Shown here one piece after another: positions 30,287-48,296 of a DNA stretch of 64,000 nucleotides (position 1 is its first letter; each line of letters opens with the position of its first letter). The notes beneath the pieces were generated by a model. It was not told the origin of the DNA. It saw only the letters and a list, made by a program, of their open reading frames with translations, and made no database searches. Source of the stretch: Blastocystis sp. Blastoise. Lineage: Eukaryota > Protista > Bigyra: Opalinata. A program made the position numbers and the translations under genes. Location: positions 41,681 through 105,680 of the forward strand of contig JBBPEB010000022.1 in the NCBI GenBank assembly GCA_039096225.1, in the 5' to 3' direction.

Positions 30287-32867
30287 TTATTATTATTATT
30301 ATATATATAGATATCCATCACATAATTCTATATTTTTATCTCCTTCTGATTCTATTACACAAGTATACTTTACTCATCAGTCCTATGTATCTAGTTATTA
30401 TTATTATTTTTTATTATTATTGTTATTATAATATTTAATATGTTTATTATACTTATTATAATCATTATTAACATTATTATACTTATTATTATAAATATTA
30501 TTATACTTATTAATATGCTTATGTTTATTATATATATATATAGAAATCACAATTATGTTTATATTCTCCTCAGTGTTCTATTGATTTTTATTATATATCT
30601 AAATTTAACAATATATCTACTTTATATTATTACACAAATAATATTACTATTAATATTCTTCAAATAGAAGGAAACTTAATTATTCTGTATATAACATTAT
30701 TTCATTTTCTATATATAATAATATATATAATAATATATAGAGATTCATATACTATTCGTCATGAAGACTCTATATATATTGTTAAACATATAACAAAAGA
30801 GAATATAGTTACAATTTATATTATTCACAATCAAACTATCTTATCCTGTATATATATATATATATGTATTTATAGTTTATTTTTGTTTTCTATTATTAAT
30901 TATTCTCTATGTATGAATATATATATTATTTATAATATGTTATAATCTTTTATATATAGCTTATTCTTTATACACCAAAGGATCATTTGGTCACTTTATT
31001 GATCTATTTACACCTTCTATTCTATTATTCCAAGGTATATTAATAAATAAATAATAAATAAATAAATTTAATAATATAATATACTATTAGAATATTCTTT
31101 ATAGATATAGCTCCTTATTCTTATCTTCTTCTTTCTCTTTCAGGTGAAGTCCTTATTCAATCAACTATTAATAATGGTATATATATATATGTATACTCTT
31201 TGTCATCTAGTTATATTTATATAAACAACATAATAATATTATATATCTAGTTTCTTCATCTTTTATTTCGTCTCATTCAACAAAAAAATTAAAAACAGAT
31301 TCTTCAACTTCTCTTTCTTCTTCTTCTACTAATTCAACTACTATTAATGCAACTACTACTACTACAAATAATAATAATATGATTACTACTAATAATAATA
31401 ACATTTCTACTCTAAATCAATCTATCTCTATGCAACCTTCATTAGAAAATACATTATCAACAGTATCTATTCTTCATTCATTATTATCTGGCTTAAAACA
31501 AACATCACAATCTCTTTATATATCTACAAATAAACAAAAAGTTATTTGTAATTCACTAGTAGATCAATATCAATATCTTCTTAATGAATTCTATTCGAAA
31601 CAGTACACATGCCTATCAGAATCATTTTTTAACAAACATTATTCTACTGAAAATCAAAATATACATATATTTAAAGAATACAAACAAAATGAAGAATTAA
31701 AACCATTTATATTCAGAGGACAGTATATATCTAAAGAAAAGAGAATAGATAATACGTTGAGATTAAATACATCTGATAATAATAAACACAATACTATTAT
31801 AGAGAGTAATAAACTTAATATATCATCATTAAGAATGAAAATTCAATGGACTACTACAGATACACACAAACTATTATTTATTACTTTATTTAATATCAAT
31901 CAATTTATTACCAAGTATATATATATATAAACTTTTTTATTCTTGTAATTTTCTTATTATATTCTTTATTCTCCATGACTTTCATATATATATTATTATT
32001 CTTTATAGTTCTTCCTTATATCATTGCCCATGCAGTATAATAGCATATATTTCATCTCCATTCTCACCTTGTATTGTTACTTCTTCATCTTCTTCTTTAT
32101 CTCCTTCTTCTCCTCTCTCTTCTACTCTATATATACCTGTATCTACAACAATGTCATCATTTATTTCATCTTCTATACATATATATCTATATATATACTC
32201 TATTCATACACCTATATATATATCTACATATATATTCTCTCCAAATGATTATATACCTCCTTCTTCTATTCAATCAACTGGAATATACATAGATGAAAAT
32301 ATAAATAGTAATAATAATGATACTAAAAATATGAATAATAATATAATTGATGATAATAATAATAATATATCTTTATCTATACTCTATCCTTATAAATCTA
32401 TTATTTCATTTCAATCGTTATATACACCACAACTACGTTCTTTACCATTGAATAATTCTATTACTTCACTATTTAATATATTACCTTCATTCTATTGTTC
32501 TTCAATTCATCCTCTTTCTTCTTCTATTTATACATTATCTATAAACAGTATATCACCATTACAACAAATATATATTATTAATAGATGTCTAACATATTAT
32601 CAATCCTCAATTATTTCGTATTCTCTTGATTCTGAATATAAATCACTATTAAATTTACAAACTATAACTCAATTATTATATTCATTTATTGATTTTATTT
32701 CAAATCTTAATAAACAAGTATATAAATATATAATATTTATTTATTTATTTCTATTATATATATATAGTATTCATATTCAAAAAATTCACTTCTTCATATT
32801 AATAAAGATATATATAAACGATATATCAATTATATTGGTTCTATATATAATGAATTCTATAAATTAA
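29357..32867 (+). CDS. Multi-exon hypothetical protein (Ser/Thr/Asn-rich)
   Basis: ATG at 29357 (MYFIGDHELINCQL), a chain of open exons and long ORFs at 31379-31930 and 32151-32867. No family recognised and the 3' end is approximate. Confidence 0.55.
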
Positions 32868-33746
32868 TGGTATCTGTTCATTGTATGTCATGTTTGCAAC
32901 ATTTATTATAAACAATTAAACAAAAATATTATCAATGTATTATATTTGTATTTTACTTTTGTGAGTGTCTTCTGATCTATTCAAATCTCATTTGTTTTGA
33001 ATATTTATTAATTTATCATTTATCTGTCTACTTATATATTGAATAACATGACCAAATTCAAAAAAATAATAAAAAAATAAAGAATATCAAGTAGCAAGAA
33101 GCAACAGAATAATGACAAATGCTGCTAGTATTGATACTTAGGTTTCTATAAATCAAAATAAATAAAATTCTTGAAGAAAGATCCATTTCACTAAAATTCA
33201 CTTTTTCAAGTTGTATTTAAACAATGACTTATATTTTGAATAAAGTTCAGCTTATTTATTCAATCTATAAAAACCCAAATTATTAAAACTCGTAGTTTTT
33301 TCAATTGGATTCGTTATATATATTAGAATTATCGTGATAAACTTTATTGTACCACTAAGATATTACATAAATAGTCTATTTGAGAAAAAATAAGCTATTT
33401 CTTCACAACAATGATCATTTGTTGACTTTCTTTTTTTCTTTATCTTATAATGAATGTACAGATTACTGTCTAGTCTTCCAAAATTCATAGTATTTAAATC
33501 AATATCATGCTTATTATCATATAATAATCATGAGTAAACACAATTTAAAGAAAATGAATGGTTCTCTGAACATTATCCTTAATAGAATTCGATCTAACAG
33601 CAATTTGAATGGTTTACATAGAAGGACAGAGAAACAATGGATTTTGGAAGAAATGTTGTGTTTTTTCTTTATTGTAAGGACTTTCATCTTTTTTGTATTG
33701 ATTTCTTGGCCGAGTAAGAAACAGAATGAAGGTTTTTGTACGAGAT

Positions 33747-34621
33747 ATGACTAGTGACAAAATCCCATGGGGACCTCTTATTGCTTGTTGTTTTGTAACA
33801 TTCTTAGATTCTTTTTGTCTTCAGTTAGTTACACCAAACTTGCCTTTTATGATTAAGGATTTTTATCCTGATGTATATTCATAATCTTATTCTATTTCTA
33901 CTTAGTATAGGTTGATGATACGGAACTCGGTTATTATTCAGGTTATTTAACTGCTGCATTCTCTATTGGTCAGATTCCAGGAAATCTTTTCTGGGGTTGG
34001 TATTCCGATAAAGTGGGTAGAAGAAATTGTTTTTTGACATGTTTATTTTTTGTGTTTTTCATTACAAATGCATTCGGATTATCTCCAAATTATCCAGTTG
34101 CACTTATTTTTAGAACATTATGGGGTTTCTTTAATGGTAATATTGGTGCTGCTAAGACTTATATCAGTGAAATTTGCAATCCTAAAACACAAGCATTAGG
34201 CTTTTCTTTATTTACAACTACAATGGGTATTTCTAAGTAAGTGAAATATATATATATATATATATTTTTTTTGTTTTGTTTTTTTAATTACTTTATTAAA
34301 ATATATATATATATAGTGTTGTAGGTCCTACCCTTGGAGGTATTTTATCGAAGCCTGAAGAGAATATGCCATGGCTTGTAGACTTAATTCCTAATATACA
34401 TCAAGTATATATATATATAGTTATATAGTTATTGGATTATGAATATTATATATATATATATAGTATCGTTTTTATATTCCGTGTTTTGTAAGTGGTATTT
34501 TGATTGTTATTATTTTTATTGAAGTATTAATATTCTTACCTGAAACATTAAGCAAAGAACAACGTACTGAAAATAGTAAAATGAAAAAAGAAACACATGT
34601 ATATTAAATTTATTATTATTA

Positions 34622-34656
<35 letters not shown>

Positions 34657-35571
34657 CATATAGAAATCAATTCAAGAAGTTCTAGATAAGAAAGCAAAGA
34701 ATCCTAATTATAAACCCACAGAACATGAAATTGAATTATCTTTATGGAAGAATGATAATTATTTCTATTTCTTTACTAAAAAGGATGTTATGATTACTTG
34801 CGTGTTCTATTTTATGATTTCTTTAATTCAAGCAGCACAGGATTGTATATACCCTATTTGGCTTTTAAATGATAAAGATATCCTTTATTATATATATATA
34901 TAGATTATTATTATTATTTAGATTATTATCTATATAATTATTATATATATATATAATTATAATAATTATAAATTACTTTCTTAATATATGAACATCACCA
35001 TGGATTCTCCTTTGATCAAACAGATATCGGTATATATATAATCAATAATATATATATATATATAGGTTATTTATCATCAGGTAATTCGTTATCACAAATC
35101 TTATCATCTCGTATATATACATATATATTTTATTATTATTATTATGACTATTTATATATATATAATAATTATTATGACTATATATAGCAATGCTTTTACC
35201 CTCCTTAACAATTCTTCTCAACTATACATCTATATATCGATATACGTTTATTCTCTATGGAATACTATTATTCTGTCAACCAATCATTGGATTAATGTCT
35301 TATTCGGATCGTTGGTTACAATGGTTGACTGCCAATTTCTTTTATTCATGTTCTATGGGTATTCGAGTATTAACATTTGCATATCTTTTATTATATATAT
35401 AATATTATATATACATATATATTTGATTTAATTTTAAATATGAAACTATATATATATATATTCTTAATTATATACATCTATTATTACTCTTATTACAAAT
35501 TCAACCTATTCCAATTTTAGAAGTAAAGTGAATGCTTTTAGTCAGGTGTTAGCAGCTATAGGAAGATCCTT

Positions 35572-35602
<31 letters not shown>

Positions 35603-36395
35603 ATAATATATATATAGTATTAAATATATAATATTATATATATACTATTAAGTATATATATAGGGTCCTATTGTATGTACAAGTATATTCGCGTGGTCAC
35701 TTCAGGATACTAATGTATTCCCTTTCGATTATGGATTTGTTTTCTATGTATATAATACAATAATAATAAACATAAAATAAATATATAATAATAATAATAA
35801 ACATAAATAATAATAATAATAACAATTTAAACATAATAAATAATAATAATAATAATAAAAATAAAATAAATATATAATAATAATAATAAAAATAAAATAA
35901 ATATATAATAATAATATATAGATATTAGGATTATTAAGTATATTGACGTCTCTCTTAGCCTATAAGTTGAATCGTAATATAAATGCTCCTCCAAATAATA
36001 TAAAAACAGAAGCTCATGAAATATATATAAGTCAATTTACTGATATTGAATTAAAACAACTAAATGAATCATCTATCGATATTAAAGAAGAGAAAAAAGA
36101 GAGTAATATAGTTATTCAACAAAATGGGGAAACAAATAGTGTTCCTCAATCATCCAATGAGATCCATACACCTCACGTGTCAAACGTACATGATGGCCTT
36201 GAAGATGATGATGAAATTATTACTCCAAATAATAATATTATTCTTGTAACTCCCAATCAAATGGAGACTAATTCTGAAACAGAAAATAATGCACGTGATG
36301 CACGTGATGACGATTCAAATATGAATCGAATGAATTCATTACCCCCCTATCTTGTAACGGCACCAAATACTGTTTCTCAAAATTCAACGGATTAA
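33747..36395 (+). CDS. Major facilitator superfamily transporter (ZIFL/DHA1-like)
   Basis: LPFMIKDF, GYYSGYLTAAF, MFS motif A WGWYSDKVGRR, RTLWGFFNGNIGAAKTYISE, GPTLGG and LPETL. Confidence 0.93.
34878..34993 (+). other. U12-type (minor spliceosome) AT-AC intron in the MFS gene
   Basis: Donor ATATCCTTT, branch-like TTTCTTAAT and acceptor AC. Removal restores the frame WLLNDKD-HHGFSFDQTDIG. Confidence 0.88.
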
Positions 36396-37106
36396 TATCT
36401 GAATATATATATATATATATATGTATATATATTATTTATATTATTAAATATTCCATAGAAAATGTGTTTTATCTTTAGATTTTGTTGTGATAACCTATAT
36501 ATATATGTATTATTTATATTATATGTATAGAGTATAAATACTTATTATTATTTCTTTTTATTTTTAGATTCTTATTTTTTTAGAATATCAGAAAGTATTT
36601 ATGTATTTATTCTACCTCATTTTTTTCAATATTCTTTTTTATGTTTTCCAAAACAATTATTGTTTTATTATATGACTATATATATGTATATAATAATAAT
36701 TTTATGAAGAATATTCACTTTTGTTACTCTATGTTAATAATGTTGTTATTACTCATTTCTATGAATTATTTTTATCTCTTTTTATATATTTGGATATGAA
36801 ATATTCATTGTAGTTATATATTGAGTTATGTTATAATAGTAATTCATATTAAAAAACAAAATAATAAAGACAAACAAGTTTTATGTTTAATATATATATA
36901 TAAACTGTTTTTATTGATGAAAAACTAGAAAAAGAAACAGAAAATGAAATAGTTGAAATAACATTATAATATATGAATAGTATACAAACAGTTATATATG
37001 ATTAATATAAAAATTATGGATATATGAATTATATAATAATTGGAAAAGAAAAAAAAAATGGAAGAATAGAAGAAAATGGAAAAGTTAAAAAAAATTAAAT
37101 ATATAG

Positions 37107-37487
37107 TTATAAATATATATAACTATCGTTCCATGTCATTATTTACACTTTGTTTTATTGTTTGAGAATTAACTGATTTTTTAATAATTGGACCATATCT
37201 ATATATATATAGAAGTAATGTATATATAATAGATATAATATATATAATAGATATAATATATATATATAATAGATATAATATATATATATAATAGATATAA
37301 TATATATATATAATAGATATAATATATATATATATTATATCTATTATATATATATATTATATCTATTATATATATATAATAGATATAATATATATATAGA
37401 ATAGATATATATAATAGATATATATAATAGATATATATAATAGATATAATATATATATATAATAGATATAATATATATATATAATAG

Positions 37488-37524
<37 letters not shown>

Positions 37525-38198
37525 GCTCCTGCCATGTCACCTTGCTCTTTATCTGCGAATAAATGAGAAATGAAAATATCATCTGTTTTATTAGTATCAT
37601 AATATATATATTCAATATGTTTCTCTCTATAATCACGATTATTTTATGTATAATGGGATAATAATAATATACAATATATAATATATAATATATAATATAT
37701 GATATATAATAACAATGAATGAATAAGAAATGAGGAATAAAAGAATAATACTATATATATACTCTGATAATGTAGAGATAACGTGTTTTAATTTAGTTTC
37801 CCATACTTCAACATATCCTTTTTGTTCATATTTATAATGATTAAAACGAGCACGAAATGTAGATACAACAATTGAATAAAATATATTTAAAAATACATAT
37901 ATACATATTATATAAAAAGATATATAATATAAACGTATATATTTAGATTGATAACTAGCAACTCCACCCTATGAGTATAATAATAATAGTAAGTATAATG
38001 ATAATAATAATATATATGTATATATATATATATATATATTATACTTCTACAAAAACAGACCAATTATTTCCCACGGAAATCGTGAATACCGTTAATAATG
38101 CTTGAAATATTGTTTCGAAATTAAGTGTATAGTAACTCATTTTTCTATATAATAATAATGTTAATAATAATAATTTGGCTAATAATAATAATAATAAT

Positions 38199-38251
<53 letters not shown>

Positions 38252-41200
38252 CATATGACGATGTTGCCACGAATGAATTATCAACAGTTAACTATATAAT
38301 AATAAATATAAATATATATAAATATATAAATATATATACTTTTCCTTGAAATATATACATTCCAAAAATTGCAAATATATAATATATTATGAAAATAATT
38401 ATTGAATACGTTAGTAGCAAAGGTAAAATGTCAAAGAAAGATCTATATATATAATAGTATACTAAATGATATATATATATATATATATATATACTTAATA
38501 GTAGTTTTAAGAGATAATAATAAACAGAAGGAATTAAGTAAAGACATAAAATGTAAGGCTAATATCCATATAGATGGAAGGTTCTCTTTGTATATAAGAA
38601 CATATATACCTATATAATAATAATAATAAGTATAAGTATAATAATATATATAATAATATGTATAATGATAGTAATAAAAGAATAGTAAGTATAATAATAA
38701 ATAGAATAATAATAATAATAATATATATATATACCATCAATAGTATAAATGAAAAGTGGTATAAAAGACATTAAAAAGTTGCTAATAAGATATATATTTC
38801 TTATTATATTACGTTTATAGTAGAAATGAAGCAATGATAATAGATCATGGAATGTTAAATAAACATGTAAAACATAACCTATATATTAGTTATATAAAAT
38901 ATATATGTAAATATAAATATAAATGCAGATAATAAAAATAATAAAAATAATAAAAATAATAAAAATAATAAAAATAATAAAAATAATAAAAATAATAAAA
39001 ATAAAAGAAAAATAAGATATAAAAAATAAATAATATACAATAAAAATACTATAAATATAAATAAAATATAGAATAACTATATAAATATACCAATAATAGT
39101 AACAAATAAATCTTCTTCTGTAAATGCCCAAAGGTGATGAATAAAAAACAGTCGCATAAGATTTAATACAAGAACAGTATTATATATATAATTAGATATA
39201 GAAGAAGAAATATAATGATATAATGATTGTTTAATAGTTGTAGTAAATCTCTTTACATGATATATACAATAATCCCATATATATATGATAATAGATGTCC
39301 AATGAGAATCTTTAAGAGAATGTAATGAATACTGAGGTGATTTCGGAGTAAGAGGAGAGAGAGACGTAGTAGTAGATGTTTGTAGGGGTGATGGATATAT
39401 ATATAAAGAGAGAAGTTCAGGGAGATATTGAAAGGAAGAAAAAGGAATAGTATATGATTCTATATAATGAATATATAGATAGTTTATTATTATATATATA
39501 GGATATATAATATATAGTATATATATCTAGAATAGATAGAGAATAAATCTGATAGAGAATAATATGAAATAAATAGAGAATAAAGATTCATAATAATATA
39601 TACCATTTTGAATAGTATTAAGAATAATATCCTGTTTGGTATCATCAAAATCAGGTCTAATTTTCTCAATAAATAATAACACAGAAGATTGATCGAGATA
39701 TTTTGTGTTATTTATATTCAAACATTGATAACATCTCTTCATTGCATTCTATAATATATATATATATATATTCACTAATAAATATAATATAATATAAATA
39801 TAAATATAAATATAATATAATATAATAATAAATATAATAAAATATAATATAATAATAAATATAAATATAAATATAAATATAAATATAAATATAAATATAA
39901 ATATAAATATAAATATAAATAATACTATATACCATTCTATTTTTTCTTCTCCAAGCAAGAGTATATATATTACGTGTTGTATATATAGAATATATAAAAC
40001 TTAATATAAGATTAACAATAAAAAACATTCCTATTAATATATAAGGAAGAAATAAAAAGAAGAAATAACCACGGTTATTTCTATAATAAGGAAGCATAAT
40101 TTCAGGGAAATTTGCACTTGTAAGAATAACATAGGATTGAAAGAGCGCGTCATCATACCGCCAAAAATAATCATTACAAATCGGATCAAAAGGTGTTATT
40201 TGATATATATTAATACATATATCTTTATTGATTAGAGGAGAAGCAATAGATGTTTCCATATTTCCAGTATGTCCTAATATCATATAGGCTATTATACTGA
40301 ATATAAAGATATATAATGAGAAGAAGAGTAACAGAGGAACAATTGAAGATAAAGAACGAACAGTACTAGAGAAAATATTATATATAATATATATAAATAT
40401 ATATAATATATATAATATTTTAAGTCATTCAAAATTTGTATATAAACATATAATATAATAATATATATATATATACTTGAGGAATATATCTCTATAGTTT
40501 TTTGAAGAGAAAAGAATAAAAAGAGGTCGTGTAATAGAAGATATCCGTATAAATGAATAAGAATAAATAATATAATACACCAGCCAATCGGATAAACCAA
40601 ATACAATAATCGTTATATATATATAATCCTATATTATATATATATATAGAAAATATAAAAAAATATGAATATATGGATATATATATAAAAGAAACAATCT
40701 ATATAAAGTAAGTAAAGAGAATAAGAATAAATTAAATATATACATAAATGGATTTCTTTGTATTTGGAATTCGTATTTTTTGACGACATATATAATCATA
40801 TATAAAAAGAAGATAATTAATCAATTCTAATGCACAACATATCTATATATACACATATAACTTTATAATTAATATATATAATACATAATATATTGGATTT
40901 GAAGGAACAAATGAAATGAGTGAGTTCTGTTCAAACATAATTAATGATATCATGACAATAATATTTAAAGCAAAGACAATTCGATACAAAATCGAGTTGT
41001 AAACTTGATAAACACGAAGACCTTCCTTGTCAAAACGGTGAATGATAGAATGTTTATTAATACAATCATTATAAAGAACTGTTGCAATATTTAATCTATT
41101 TAACGAATAATCTAGAATAAATTAGAAACATACTTCTCATCACTCGTTTCACATTTTTCAAATACATCATCAAAATGAGTATTAAAATCGTTAAAAATAT

Positions 41201-41383
41201 CTATAAATGTATTATAATGATCATTTCATATATAAATAGCGGAATACCTCCAACATCTATCTCATCAACATCATCTAATTCTTGAGATACTAGACCCCCT
41301 GGAGAACCAGCAATATTTTTATATGAGTTACTATAGCTGTCTAAAGAATATTTAGACGAACTAAATAGACCTAAGAAACTCAT
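37107..41383 (-). CDS. TPC1: Two-pore channel (TPC1-like cation channel)
   Basis: Pore 1 DDALFQSYVILTSANFPEIMLPYY and pore 2 LNFETIFQALLTVFTISVGNNW, with an EF-hand-like linker and multiple TM exons. Confidence 0.9.
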
Positions 41384-41898
41384 AGTCGTTCAGAATCTAA
41401 AAAAAAAAGTGTTTTTTAAAAACTGTTTATCCCCTCTTTTCCAGGATCTATGATGCAATGTGACTACTCATGTTAAAAAATGATATAGACAGTGATGAGT
41501 ATACTGTTCAGTAGGTCTATTCTAGTTATAAAGATAGTTGAAAACAAATTCCAATTATTTGTGATGTATAACAAATTTATTTATTCATTTTATAATTTAA
41601 AAATGTACTCTGACATTTAGACAATAAGTTGCTTTTGTTGATTTTTAATAAAACTAAGAAATCTTCTGAATGTTGTTGTCATAATTCTTTAATTTTATTG
41701 TAAAATATATATATAGATACTAGTCTTATGAATTAAATCATTAAACTATCTCTAAGAAAAAATATCAAATAGAAAAATCCATTTTAGTTGTTTTCCTTCA
41801 TATTTGATCTCCTTAAAAGAAATAATGAATATATTTATTAAAAAAATTACAAAATGAAGATAGTTATGTGTATAAATCAATATAATATATCTTATTAT

Positions 41899-45026
<3,128 letters not shown>

Positions 45027-45141
45027 TAGAATCGCGACTATTTTTCAATCTAAAAGGGAATCACAAACAATATTTATGTTTCTCTTTATTAAGTTATTTT
45101 TTCTATTTTTATCTTAATTAATTTGATTTACATTAATATTG

Positions 45142-46407
45142 ATGCTCTCCATATTGGGATACTGCCGGAAAGATCTATCTAAATCATTAATAAGATATTT
45201 CTCTGTGAATTCAGTTCCAGTTATATATGATAGTATCTCAAATAGTATGAGACAATTGGATATGAACAAGAATGATCTTACATGGTATTCATGTGGCCCT
45301 ACTGTTTATGATGATTCACATATTGGACATGCACGTAATTATGTCAGTATTGATATAGCTCAAAGGATATTTAAATATTGGTATGGAAAGACATTATTTA
45401 CATCGATGGGTATCACTGACATTGATGATAAAATAATCAAACGATCAAAAGAAAAAAACATTCCTTGGAAACAATTGACTGAGCAATACGAAAATTCATT
45501 TTTTGAAGATATGAATCAATTAAATGTTTGTAAACCAAATGCCATATTGAAGGTGTCTGACCATATTCAAGATATTATTGAGTTTATTAAGGTATTTCAT
45601 TTTTATTATTATATGTTCGTTGTAAATATATATATAAATATTTATATTTATAGATATTAGTTGATAAAAATATGGCATATATACGTCCTTCTGGTGTTTA
45701 TTTTGATACAAATAATAATTTAATTCAATATGGGAAAATGAGACCAAGTCATTTTGATAGTATAGATACAGAAACAGGAAATGAAATAGTATTTCAGAGA
45801 ATAGATAAGAATAATGATAAAAAGAATCAATTTGATTTTGCATTATGGAAAAACACAAATGAAGAAGTAGATTATTATATTATATTTATATTATATTTAT
45901 ATTATTATTATATTTATATTATTATTATATAATATTATATTATTCTTTTTATTACTATTAATATGTGTGTATAATAATTATTTTTTATATTCATAAAAAG
46001 GGTTTTATGTGGGAATCCCCGTGGGGGAAAGGCCGTCCTGGTTGGCATATAGAATGTAGTGCAATGACAAATTATTTATATGGTGATAATCTTGATGTAT
46101 ATTTATATATATATTTATTTTTATCTCTATTGATAGTTTTATTTTTTTATTTATAATGCTTATTGATTATATTTATTGATTATATTGATTATATTGATTA
46201 TATTTGTAATGTTTATTTTATTTATAATGTTTATTATATTTTTATACCATTATATATATATATATATATATATAGATACACGCAGGAGGTATTGATTTAA
46301 AGTTCCCTCACCATTGTAATGAAATCGCTCTAACAGAAGCCTATTGTACGGATAACGTACGAACTAAATGTGATTGGCCACATTATATGATTCATACTGG
46401 ACATATG

Positions 46408-46455
<48 letters not shown>

Positions 46456-47961
46456 TATAAAATTATTATTTTTATAACATTTTATTATATATAGTTATAT
46501 TGAAGGTAGAAAAATGTCAAAATCATTAAAGAATTTTATTACAAGTAAATTAATATTAATTTCTATAAATAAATATAATTAATTATTGTATATATATATA
46601 TAGTTAAAGATATGTTAAAAGAATATGATGGAAATATATTTCGTTTCTATTGTTTATCATTCTCTATACAAAATAAAATCAATTTCTCATTTCAAAACTT
46701 AGATATTTATAAACAAAAATATATTCATATGAGTGATGTATATATATATATATATGAATTCATTATCCATTGTTTATAGTCTTTAAATGTCATACATACA
46801 ATAATAACTAAATGCATAAATAGTGATAATAATAATAATAATATAATTTCTTCATGGACAAAAGATGATTATAAACTCAGAGAATTATATATAAATACAA
46901 GAGTATTATATATATATATTTATTTATTATTTATCTTTTATTATATTATATATATATACTTATCTATAAAAGTATTCTGTATATAGACATCTATAACTTC
47001 TTCTTTATATAATAATATGGATACTCCTGTTGCTCTTTCTTCATTTCTATCTCTTATAGAGGATGTACGTATATATATAGAACAACGAAATAGAAGAACA
47101 ATTAATATACAATTGATTCAAGATATATATATATACTTTAATGAAACACTAGATCATTTAGGATTTATAAGTCAACAAGTATATATATATATAATATTAT
47201 ATAAATATGAATCTAGCATTTATTATATTCAATATATTTATATACTAAATAATTATTAAACATTAAATATATATATATAAAGACAAATAATATATCTTCC
47301 TCTTCTTCTTCTTTGTATTCTATATCTATGGATGAATTAGCTTCTTTCCGTAAAACTATTCGAGAAATAGCTTTAAATAATATTAATATAAATGATAATA
47401 ATATAGTTGCTAAGAATATTCTTAAAGAATGTGATAGAATAAGAGATCAAGTATATATATATATATAGTATTTATCATATTATTATGGATTCTATAATTC
47501 AATATATATTCTATGTCTCTCTAATATATATATATAGTATCGAAAAGAAAAGAATGTTATATTAATTGATGGCAAAGAAGATTTATTTTGGAAGCCAATT
47601 ACATATATTGATGAAAAGGAAGAAGATTCTAAACAGAAAGATCCCGCTAAAACTATAGATATGAAACAGAAAATGAAACAAAGAGTTGTATATATTTATT
47701 TTTTAATAATAATAGAAAATTAAAAATAAATAAACATGTTTATTATATATATAGAAAGAATTAGAAGAAAAGAGTAAGATAGATCCAGAAATGATGTTTA
47801 TACAAACAAATTTATATTCTGAATATGATTCTAATGGTATTCCAACAAAATATAAAAATGGAGAAGAAGTAAAAAAATCACAAAGGAAGAAACTAATAAA
47901 AGAAAAAGAAAAACAAATTAAATCACATCAACATTATCTTGAAAAACATAAAATATTATAA
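45142..47961 (+). CDS. CARS: Cysteinyl-tRNA synthetase with N-terminal organellar targeting-like peptide
   Basis: [60 protein letters not shown] and [10 protein letters not shown]-terminus is [21 protein letters not shown]. Confidence 0.96.
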
Positions 47962-48296
47962 TTCATTTGTTTATTATTAATTTTTAAATTATTTTGTTTT
48001 CGTATATTATAAATTATTTTATTAGTTGTTTGCTTATAATAAAAAAATAATATGTTTTTATTTACAACAATATATCAAGAAATACATTTTTAAAACTAAT
48101 TTACTTCAAAATAAGTTTAATATAAGTAATAAAAGCATACGAAACTAAGTATAATGTAATTATGAAATAATAAAAGAAAGAGTAATATTAAAAAGTAGAA
48201 AAAGAAAATCCAAAAATTAAAAACAAATAGACAGAAAACCAAAAGAAAAATGAGCATATATATATATATATAATAAAAGAATAGAACAAAATAATT

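Noticed and set aside
33530-33754. 74-aa ORF upstream of the MFS gene
   Set aside because: No recognisable motif, and it overlaps the probable promoter/5' UTR and the MFS start. Likely chance.
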